Part shown: positions 1-7,317 of the stretch, piece by piece
How the letters are laid out: every line of letters starts with the position of its first letter
Position numbering within the stretch: position 1 is the stretch's first letter
NCBI GenBank assembly: GCA_038320275.1
Contig: JBBQEB010000034.1
Span: forward strand, 1 to 27,712
Source: Myxococcales bacterium
Lineage (GTDB): Bacteria > Myxococcota > Myxococcia > Myxococcales > Anaeromyxobacteraceae
Reading direction: 5' to 3'
DNA length: 27,712 nt
Program-made: the position numbers and the translations under genes
Notes under the pieces: generated by a model
What the model was told of the DNA's origin: nothing
Databases searched by the model: none
What the model saw: only the letters and a program-made list of their open reading frames with translations

Positions 1-496
1 GCGCAGACGATTCACGGTGTGCGAGCATCCAGCCGACCACGTACCTGCTGTAAACGTCGAGGATCACGTACAGGTGGAAGTACGTCCACTTCGCCGGACC
101 GAGCAGCTTGGTGATGTCCCAGCTCCAGAGCTGGTTCGGCGCGGTCGCGAGCAGCTCCGGCGCCTTGTAGGCCGGGTGGCGCAGCTGGTCGCGCCGCTCC
201 CGGACTTCCGCGTTCTCAGCGAGAACGCGGTACATCGTGCGCTCCGAGCAGAGGTACCGGCCCTCGTCGAGCAGCGTGGCGTAGACCTGGGCGGGCGCGA
301 GCTCGGCGAAGCGAGGCTCGTGCAGCACGTCGAGGACGGCGCGGCGCTCGCCGACGCCGAGCGCGCGGTGGCAGGTCCGCACGCGCCGCGGCGGGCGGGG
401 CTTGAGCGCGCGGTAGTAGGTGGCCTTCGGCAGCCCCAGCGCGGCGCACGAGGCCGCGATGCCGAGGCAGGCACCGAGAAGGGTGACGGTCTGCAT
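1..496 (-). CDS. IS3-family transposase OrfB (DDE/rve domain), truncated by window edge
   Basis: Not in the ORF track; translated by hand from ATG at 496: MQTVTLLGACLGIAASCAALGLPKATYYR...VYATLLDEGRYLCSERTMYRVL...APNQLWSWDITKL...YFHLYVILDVYSRYVVGW. WxWDIT and LDxxSRxxVGW are typical IS3 integrase-core motifs. Open to base 1. Confidence 0.93.
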   Translation of the reverse strand, partial: MQTVTLLGACLGIAASCAALGLPKATYYRALKPRPPRRVRTCHRALGVGERRAVLDVLHEPRFAELAPAQVYATLLDEGRYLCSERTMYRVLAENAEVRERRDQLRHPAYKAPELLATAPNQLWSWDITKLLGPAKWTYFHLYVILDVYSRYVVGWMLAHRESSA

Positions 497-918
497 CACC
501 GCTCCTCGTCCGGCTTCGGGAGCTGGATCCCCAGCAACTCCGAGACTTTTATTTGGAGCTCGACGAGAGCCTCGGCGCGCTTCGCGCGGCGCTCGAGGTG
601 GATGTTGTCGCGCTGGAGCTCGATCACCTTCTTCTCCAGTGGGTGCGGGACCCTCGCAGCCGGCCCGCGCTTCCGGGGCGCGAGCCCGGCCAGAGCACCG
701 CTGTCGCGGGCGCGCCGCCACTCCACGAGGTGCGACGAGTACAGGCCCTCGCGACGAAGGAGCGCGCCGATCTCGCCCGGCTTCGTGCATGCCTCGGCCT
801 CGGCCAAGACCTTGCGCTTGTACTCGGCGGTGAACTGCCGCCTGCGCGCCTTCGCGGTCACCTCGGTCTCCTGCCCAACCAACCCGATCTCTGCGCTGCC
901 GCTCACCGTGAGGTCCAA
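496..918 (-). CDS. IS3-family OrfA (HTH and coiled coil)
   Basis: RRRQFTAEYKRKVLAEA...IGALLRREGLYSSHLVEWRR HTH followed by a leucine-zipper-like segment. Stop overlaps the orfB start (TGATG). Confidence 0.92.
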   Translation of the reverse strand: MDLTVSGSAEIGLVGQETEVTAKARRRQFTAEYKRKVLAEAEACTKPGEIGALLRREGLYSSHLVEWRRARDSGALAGLAPRKRGPAARVPHPLEKKVIELQRDNIHLERRAKRAEALVELQIKVSELLGIQLPKPDEER

Positions 919-928
919 GCTCGCCCTT

Positions 929-2359
929 CTACACTAAACTCCGTGGGGATCGCTGTCTCACCCACGTTGACAGAGAGGGCCCGGCGGCGAGACCGGCGAG
1001 ATTGACACTGTGAGCCGTCCCAGTGTTGCCGGATGCGCTCGCTCCGTACGCCGCCGTGGGCCCGTAATCGACGGTGCTGTCGGAGGTGATGTCGGTCGAC
1101 CAGGTGATGGAGGCCGCGGATGGGGTCGTGGAGGCGGCAATGCCGGAGAGCATCGGAGTGTTCCGCTGGGTCCGGAACGTCGCCGTCACCGTACCCGTTG
1201 CGGGGTCGCTGGAAGACGGGATGTAGGAGCATGTGCTGGCGTCGGACGGCCACGGGGTACAGGGCCCGCTCCAGCTACGGAACACGGAACCCGCGGACGG
1301 TATTGCATGCAAGGTCACCGTAACGCCCGGCCCGGACCAATGGGATCCACACGCCGACCCGGTTTCGCAACTGAAGACCGTCGGGCTTGTTGATTGGACG
1401 CGACCCCACCCGTCGCCTGCGAACTGAACGTTGGTGGGATAACCGTAGGCGAGCGCCGCGAGCGTTGGCCAATAGCTGGGCAGTCCGCTATACGACCCGC
1501 TCACGGAGGTGTCTTGTACCAAGAAATTGCGGATGGGATGCGGAGCGTTCTGCAAGTGCGCCACGACGCTTGCGAGCTGGCTTTCCGGGATGCCTCCTAT
1601 GAGCATGAAGACCCTGCTGTAGTCCCAAGGCGTCGGAGTGTAATAGTCCGTGCCGGACCCGGGTGGCCAGTTGCTGGGCTCGCCATCTGATTCGTAAGTC
1701 ATCACGAGGTCGTTCGAGCCAAACACGTTCTGATCATTGATCCAGCCGCTCTGAGCCGCATCATTGATCATCGTCAACTTGCCGGGGTACCTGGTCTTCA
1801 GCCTGCTGTAAATCGTCTGAAAGTACGCCTGCGAGACCGCCTGATCCTGCAAATTGCCGCCTTCGTCCAAGAAGATCCCGGCGAGACTGGGAGCATACCT
1901 GAACCAGGCGTCGATGTACCCCTCCGGAGCGCTCGAGTTGGGGGCGATCATGTGATCCACGTCGTGCAGCAGCGCCGGACGGCTCGGATTGCTGCAGGAA
2001 GGCTCCACCCCGGGCTGCGCAGTGTTCGCGGAGCAGGCGGTGACGTAGCCAAATAGGCGGACATGGCCCCTTTGCGCCGTATCGACCGCCGCATCGAGTG
2101 CGCCGATTTGCTCGGGAGGTATGGTCTTTCCGTCGATTCCACCGTTGATTTGGGAAATACCGAAGTTGACGACGATCGTCGATGCCTCGGGCGGCGACAC
2201 CGCGGCGACGCCATTGATGGAGTCGACGAGCCCCAAATCTGTTGCGTAGATCGGAATGAAGATGCGATTCTCCTGAGTCTGCGCTCGAGAGGAGGTCGGG
2301 CCAACGAGGGCACAAACGAGAGCCAACAGGGACGCACAATCGGTGAGCCGTAGACGCAT
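929..2359 (-). CDS. Secreted spherulin-4/GH135-like glycoside hydrolase with divergent InlB-B-type repeat and FN3-like domain; C-terminus interrupted by the IS
   Basis: Signal peptide ending SRA-Q; SD GAGGAGG upstream. Spherulin-4 motifs IPIY, LFGYV, GIFLDE, DLVMTYE. GDGWGRV...VTLHAIPSAGSVFRSWSGPC...VTATF matches the divergent InlB B-repeat pattern. ASITWSTD...STVDYG...HSVNLAGL is an FN3-like start. The last ~15 codons read into IS sequence. Confidence 0.75.
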   Translation of the reverse strand: MRLRLTDCASLLALVCALVGPTSSRAQTQENRIFIPIYATDLGLVDSINGVAAVSPPEASTIVVNFGISQINGGIDGKTIPPEQIGALDAAVDTAQRGHVRLFGYVTACSANTAQPGVEPSCSNPSRPALLHDVDHMIAPNSSAPEGYIDAWFRYAPSLAGIFLDEGGNLQDQAVSQAYFQTIYSRLKTRYPGKLTMINDAAQSGWINDQNVFGSNDLVMTYESDGEPSNWPPGSGTDYYTPTPWDYSRVFMLIGGIPESQLASVVAHLQNAPHPIRNFLVQDTSVSGSYSGLPSYWPTLAALAYGYPTNVQFAGDGWGRVQSTSPTVFSCETGSACGSHWSGPGVTVTLHAIPSAGSVFRSWSGPCTPWPSDASTCSYIPSSSDPATGTVTATFRTQRNTPMLSGIAASTTPSAASITWSTDITSDSTVDYGPTAAYGASASGNTGTAHSVNLAGLAAGPSLSTWVRQRSPRSLV

Positions 2360-2959
2360 GAAGCCTCCTCCGCCAGCAGGACGGATCTTCGGTTGCGAGG
2401 TGGGCGCGACCGCTGCGGACGGTCCGAAGTCTGTTTCGGGTACGCCCTTGCAATTGCTTCACGTGCAGCCTAGGCCGCGTCGTCTATTGCGCACCAAACC
2501 ATGACCGAGCGTCACATGATGCTCGTACACCCATGGTGTAAGCAGACTCAGCGTGTCCACGACTGGCAGGCGCCAGGAAAGCCGCACCGCGAGCGCGGCG
2601 GGTTCATCGCGGATTGGCCCGCAATACGCGCCGAGGCGGCCGCTCCCGACGGAGGTGGTGGTAGCTTGCAATCCTCGGCGCCCGGAGCTGCTCCGGCTGG
2701 GATGGGTCGGCCGGAGATCGCGACCGTCCCGTCCACGAGGAGGTGCATGAGATCGTCACCAGCACCGGACCGGCCGCCATCGATCCGGAACCGGGGCGCC
2801 GGCGGAGCCGCTCACGGGCCCCAGCCTCCCTGCGGCGCACCGCGGCCTGTTAGAGGTGCCTCACCGCACGAAACCCGGATGAAGATTCGGCTGCCCCGCG
2901 TCGTCCGGCCGAGCAAAGCCGTCCTCTCCACAGGAGGCTCGCCCGACAAGGATCTCGCC

Positions 2960-3200
2960 ATCCCTCTCCAGCAGCGCGGCGACCCCTTGAGCGACCACAC
3001 CCCTCCGTGCGTGAACGCGCGCATCGACGCCCAGACCGAGGCTCGCCTGCGCGAGGTGGGGCCGTGGACCAGCGCGCATGCGGGGCCGTCGAGGCGAAGA
3101 AGCTCGGCGTCGCGCCGACTGGCGTCCATGCGCGCCCTTCACCCGCACGCCTCGCGCGCATGCGGGGCGCTCGCGCTCGCGTTTGCCGCCATGGGACCAG
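2960..3200 (+). pseudogene. Possible decayed remnant of a DUF2892-like small membrane protein
   Basis: HTPPCVNARIDAQTEARL and later RALHPHASRACGALALAFAA resemble, from memory, the N-terminus of that family. The intervening and downstream sequence does not fit. Confidence 0.3.
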
Positions 3201-3605
3201 CCGACGACCTTCCCGCTCGACGTCGCCTTCCACCCGGACCGGCAGGAGACGCGACCCCTCGGGCGGGGCGGCGGCAACCGCCTCTTGACTAGGCTGCTGC
3301 TTCCCCTCCTCGTTCCCGAGCGGCCTCGACTTCTGGCGCAGCCGGTAGTTCCTGTTTCGCAGGTTCCCGCTCGCCGTCTCGCATTCGCGCCTCCCCGCAA
3401 GACGCGAAGGCTGGCCGAGCCCCGCAACGCCTGCTGCCCGTCCCTCGCCCGGCGTGGTACGCCGACGACCGCGATGAGACGCACCGGCGGCAACTGCCCT
3501 GCGGTGATCCGTCGCGTCCCAACGCGGCACCCTACTATTCCACAAAAGTGAAGACCGGTGGATGGCAAGCTGCTTCCTCCGAAACTCCCGGGAGGAACAC
3601 CAAAA

Positions 3606-5216
3606 ATGAGGCACTCTAGACGAGCATGCCGGCTGTTGAGGTGGTTCGGGTTAGCGAGCGCAATACTCGGCCTCACTGCGGGGTATCCAGTACAAGCGTA
3701 TCAGCGGACTGCGAAATGGAGTTCAGTCTATGCCCCTGACTTCCCGGTTGTCCGCGCCTATACGTGTCCGAACCTATACAACACGTACTTCACCCAGCCT
3801 TGGGTAAACATCCAGCGCCATGTTCTCGCATCCTTCAACGAGTGGTTCGCGAGTGGGGGTGTTCACCTCCGCGTTCGCTGGCAAGCCGATCTGGCAGATA
3901 CGGACGTACGGTGTACAGAGGCCGGCAATCCCGCCGATGGCGAGATACTTGTATCGGCTGATAAGTACGATGGGGGTAATCGATGTCACCTGGCGACTAC
4001 CTACTGGTGGACGAACGGCGACCAGCTCCGTTCAGCGAAGATCGTGATGCACGCGGGCACAACCTGCAGTGGCTCGTATCAGGCATACTCCTGGGCGAAC
4101 AACGCTGATTACCCGGGCGATGGCCAGTACGACTTCCGGCATGTACTCACCCATGAAGTCGGCCATGCCATAGGTTTTGATCATAGCGCCGACCCGCGGT
4201 CTCTCATGTACTCCACGTCGTTTGCGGGTCCGAATGTGCAGCCGCGATTCCTGTCAACCGACGATAGTTTGGGGCTCCGCGACGCTGTGCTTGGATACGA
4301 GCCGGCTCAGACCTACATCGCCCACAGCGACGCGGCCGAGAGTGGCGCTAGCTGGCAAGTGGGTGGTCCTTACAATCCGACCGCCGCATTAGGCGGAGTA
4401 GACGTGTGCGCCCGCTCGCATGTCCCCGCGGGAGAGCCGCGTTACCTTGTCGCCCTAACTCGCCCCGGTGACGCCTCCATTGTAACTACCCTTACGGACG
4501 GCACCTATACGTATGGAGACGCGATTCAGCCCTTCACCAGCTTTAAGGCGCCAGCTGTGGCCTGCTCGCTGCAGGGGTACGCTGCGCTTGCGTACGCCGC
4601 AACGGACCTCGACAGCACGTTGATGGTTACGACGGGAGGGCCGAGCGTCTGGCAGCCGCCGACGAGCACAGGCCTTAGGACGGGCGTTCCCCCCGCACTT
4701 GCGTTCGATCCCTGGTGGTACAAGTTCGTTCTTGTATTCACGGATCCCGCAACCTCGCAGATTCGGACGATGGTTTCCAACGATGGCGGGACAACGTATA
4801 CGAACTACCAGGAGTGGAATGGCTTCAGGGCTGCGAATAGCGTTTCGATAGCGTGTCAAGACTCAGCAAGCCACTGCACGATCGTCTGGAACGATGCCAC
4901 CGTAGCAAACACACCCGTACGCAGCGCTTCTTTCGAGTTTGGACCAAACTGGTACTTGGTAATGACATCGACCAGCACGTTGCCGTACGACTCGTATGGT
5001 CCTGGCGTGGCCGCAACAGCTGGGCGGTTTGAATTCGTCTGGCGTGATCGGGGACGAGCCACTGTGCTCACCGCTGGTGGGTGGGCGGCCCCCCCTACGC
5101 TAGATACCGATGGGTTTACGGCGACAAAAATTCATTCTCCGCCACGAATGACGTGGAGCCCTGATTACAGTGAGTGGTCGACGTGGTACACTTGGGGGGT
5201 TGATTATGACCGTTGA
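3606..5216 (+). CDS. Secreted matrixin (M10-like metzincin) zinc metalloprotease with C-terminal beta-propeller-like domain
   Basis: HEVGHAIGFDH zinc motif and SLMY Met-turn; signal peptide ending VQA. SD GGAGGA at 3591-3596 favours ATG 3606 over GTG 3558. C-terminal half has six beta-rich repeats and an Asp-box-like SNDGGTTY. Confidence 0.88.
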   Translation: MRHSRRACRLLRWFGLASAILGLTAGYPVQAYQRTAKWSSVYAPDFPVVRAYTCPNLYNTYFTQPWVNIQRHVLASFNEWFASGGVHLRVRWQADLADTDVRCTEAGNPADGEILVSADKYDGGNRCHLATTYWWTNGDQLRSAKIVMHAGTTCSGSYQAYSWANNADYPGDGQYDFRHVLTHEVGHAIGFDHSADPRSLMYSTSFAGPNVQPRFLSTDDSLGLRDAVLGYEPAQTYIAHSDAAESGASWQVGGPYNPTAALGGVDVCARSHVPAGEPRYLVALTRPGDASIVTTLTDGTYTYGDAIQPFTSFKAPAVACSLQGYAALAYAATDLDSTLMVTTGGPSVWQPPTSTGLRTGVPPALAFDPWWYKFVLVFTDPATSQIRTMVSNDGGTTYTNYQEWNGFRAANSVSIACQDSASHCTIVWNDATVANTPVRSASFEFGPNWYLVMTSTSTLPYDSYGPGVAATAGRFEFVWRDRGRATVLTAGGWAAPPTLDTDGFTATKIHSPPRMTWSPDYSEWSTWYTWGVDYDR

Positions 5217-5697
5217 GTTAGGTGGGCGGCTTGCGGTGAGGCATTGGCTGGCGTGCGCGATCTTCTGTATCCCGCTGGTTACTGTATTGCACGGGTGCTC
5301 GTCTTCGGACGAGCACGGAAGGAGTGGGATTAATGGGCACGCACCCCGCAGTGTGAACGGCCGGATGGGTGACGACCGACTGCTGTCTACGCCCGCGTCA
5401 GACTGCATCGGAAAACGTATCGCGCTCGCGCGCGAGGTGAGCGCACTGATCGATAAGCATGCGGTCGGATGCAAGGTAGACGTAGATTGCTCGTTCATCA
5501 AGCCGCTAGTGCTCGGCGACGAGGGATGCGCGATGCCAATGCCCGTTTGGCGCCACAATGAATTTCGAGCCGCCCTCGCCGCAACGACCGCTAGTGTGGC
5601 GGCTGAAAGCGTGAAGGGCTGCGGAATGGCTGGGATGTGTGCGGAGTTGGCTGGCGCGCGCTGCATTGGGGGCGCATGCCGACCGATCATAAAGTAA
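5206..5697 (+). CDS. Cysteine-rich putative lipoprotein (paralogue 1)
   Basis: ATG 5206 overlaps the protease 3' end (a slightly later GTG is possible). Hydrophobic stretch then lipobox-like LHG-C-SSS. 8 Cys in the C-terminal domain. Confidence 0.75.
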   Translation: MTVELGGRLAVRHWLACAIFCIPLVTVLHGCSSSDEHGRSGINGHAPRSVNGRMGDDRLLSTPASDCIGKRIALAREVSALIDKHAVGCKVDVDCSFIKPLVLGDEGCAMPMPVWRHNEFRAALAATTASVAAESVKGCGMAGMCAELAGARCIGGACRPIIK

Positions 5698-5706
5698 AGA
5701 GCGTAC

Positions 5707-5745
5707 GGGATCGAGGCGCCGTTCTCAGCGCGGCGCTTCGAACCC
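5707..5745 (+). other. Intergenic stem-loop between the two lipoprotein genes
   Basis: TCGAGGCGCCG (5711-5721) pairs with CGGCGCTTCGA (5731-5741) with one G-U, plus flanking GGG/CCC. No U-tract. Confidence 0.55.
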
Positions 5746-5800
5746 TGATCGACGGTACATCCACAGCCCACCGCATGGCGGGTTAGCGCGGGAGCCGAAT

Positions 5801-6262
5801 ATGAGAATAGCAACTGTAACCTGTGCAGTGCTTCTCGCATCGACGTGCGGTTGTGGTGGCGAGTCTCAGGCAACATCCGTGTTGGATGGCGGGATGGTGG
5901 TCTTGGATTCCGGCGTCGATGGCGGACTCGATGGCTCCGTTGCTCTGGATGGCTCCACGGCCGCTGCGTGCATCGACGCGCGACTCAAATTGTCGAGCGA
6001 CATCCTGAACCTAGCTCGTTCGTATGCCAGCCCCTGCGCGGTTGACGCTGAATGTATACTCGCTCCGGCAAGCGTCTCCTGCCAGGAGGACTGCACCGTG
6101 CCGGTCCTGATGGCAATGCAGCAGGCGTTTCTGAATGCCAAAGCCAGCTTAGGCGGCAGAGAATGCCCGAACATCCCGCCGGGCTGCGGGTCATCACCCT
6201 CCTGCCCCGGGACCATTAGGGCGACCTGCTCGGCTGGGACGTGTCGTTCGGGCCTCCCCTAG
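5801..6262 (+). CDS. Cysteine-rich putative lipoprotein (paralogue 2)
   Basis: GGAG SD upstream; signal peptide ending TCG-C-GG; low-complexity DGG/DGS linker; 10 Cys in the C-terminal domain, alignable with paralogue 1. Confidence 0.8.
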   Translation: MRIATVTCAVLLASTCGCGGESQATSVLDGGMVVLDSGVDGGLDGSVALDGSTAAACIDARLKLSSDILNLARSYASPCAVDAECILAPASVSCQEDCTVPVLMAMQQAFLNAKASLGGRECPNIPPGCGSSPSCPGTIRATCSAGTCRSGLP

Positions 6263-6263
6263 A

Positions 6264-7214
6264 TCACGCGCCGCGACCATCCCAAAATCCCCGCAGGCCG
6301 GCCGGCAGGGGCGCCTCGAAGGACACCCGCTCGCGCGTGACGGGGTGCGGGAGCGTGAGCTTCCAGGCGTGGAGCGCGTGCCGATCGAGGCGCAGCGTGC
6401 GGCGGTCGTCGTCGGTCATCGCCCGGCGCGTGAAGCGGTCGAAGATGGCCTCGTCGCGGCCGTAGATCTTGTCGCCCACCAGCGGCAGCCCGGCGTGGTG
6501 GAGGTGGGCGCGGATCTGGTGCTGCCGGCCCGACTCGGGCCTGCAGGCGAGGAGCGCGATGTCGCCGCCGCCGGGCGCGCGCCTGCGGCCGAGGACCTCG
6601 AAGCGCGTGCGCGCCGCCCGCCCGCCGGGGTCCACGTGCATGCGCACCCGCACCAGCGACGCGCCGGTGAGCGCGAGCGGCGCGTCCACCTCGAACGCGT
6701 CCTCGCGGGGCCAGCCCTCCGACAGCGCCAGGTATGTCTTCGAGACCTCGCCCCGCGCGAAGGACTGCTTGAGCGCGCCGGTGTGCTCGCGGGCGGTGCC
6801 GCAGGCGAGGAGGCCCGAGGTCTCGCGGTCGAGGCGGTGCGCGGGGTCCACCTTGCGCTCCGGGAAGCGCGCCGCAGCGAGGGCGGTGAAGGTGTGCAGG
6901 TGGTAGCGGGCGGTGGGGTGCACGGGGAGCCCCGCCGGCTTGTCGGCGACGAGGAGCGCTCCGTCGTCGTGGACGACCCCGAACGACATGGGGGTGTCCG
7001 GCTCCTCCTCCACCTCGCGGACCAGGGCGAAGCGCTGCCCCGGGAGAAGCGCGCTGTCGGCGGTCAGCGGCTCCGGGCCGTCGTGCTCCAGCCGGTGCGC
7101 GATGAGGAAGGCGGCCTTCTCCGGCGTGAGCCGCCGGATCTTCTCCAGCAGATATCTGGCGAGCGGCCACCCGCGGTAGTTCCGCTCCACCTCGAACCAG
7201 ACGCGGACCTCCAT
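6264..7214 (-). CDS. RluA-family pseudouridine synthase
   Basis: DKPAGLPVHP, HRLDRETSG (catalytic Asp), SGRQHQIRAHL, GDKIYG, RHALHA motifs. Start reassigned to ATG 7214 (MEVRVWF). Confidence 0.95.
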   Translation of the reverse strand: MEVRVWFEVERNYRGWPLARYLLEKIRRLTPEKAAFLIAHRLEHDGPEPLTADSALLPGQRFALVREVEEEPDTPMSFGVVHDDGALLVADKPAGLPVHPTARYHLHTFTALAAARFPERKVDPAHRLDRETSGLLACGTAREHTGALKQSFARGEVSKTYLALSEGWPREDAFEVDAPLALTGASLVRVRMHVDPGGRAARTRFEVLGRRRAPGGGDIALLACRPESGRQHQIRAHLHHAGLPLVGDKIYGRDEAIFDRFTRRAMTDDDRRTLRLDRHALHAWKLTLPHPVTRERVSFEAPLPAGLRGFWDGRGA

Positions 7215-7317
7215 CGGCAGGGATTCTACATCGGCGCTGTCGTGCGGGCGTCGACCCGGGCGGCAAAGGCCCCCATCCCGCGGCCGCAGCAGGACGGGCC
7301 CGGGACAGCGTCGCCCC

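Larger units (their letters stand above)
1..972 (-). mobile_element. IS3-family insertion sequence, left end plus orfA and 5' part of orfB (runs off window)
   Basis: orfA/orfB pair below. Candidate terminal repeat on the minus strand TGTCAACGTGGGTGAGACA (972-954) begins with the IS3-type TG. The true end could extend to ~980; the other end is outside the window. Confidence 0.88.

Noticed and set aside
17..937. 306 aa plus-strand ORF over the IS
   Set aside because: Antisense shadow of orfA/orfB; no independent motifs.
2437..2452. GG-N10-GC motif CGGGTACGCCCTTGCA on the plus strand
   Set aside because: Weak -24 box and no credible downstream gene.
2501..3676. Several 250+ aa ORFs in the spacer, including a GDDLMHLLVDGTVAIS snippet resembling a cNMP-binding strand
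   Set aside because: Arg/Pro/Ala-rich translations typical of GC-rich non-coding frames; the snippet is too short to support a call.
5698..5800. Possible integron attC site between the lipoprotein genes
   Set aside because: A hairpin is present, but there is no matching RYYYAAC/GTTRRRY pair and no integrase in view.
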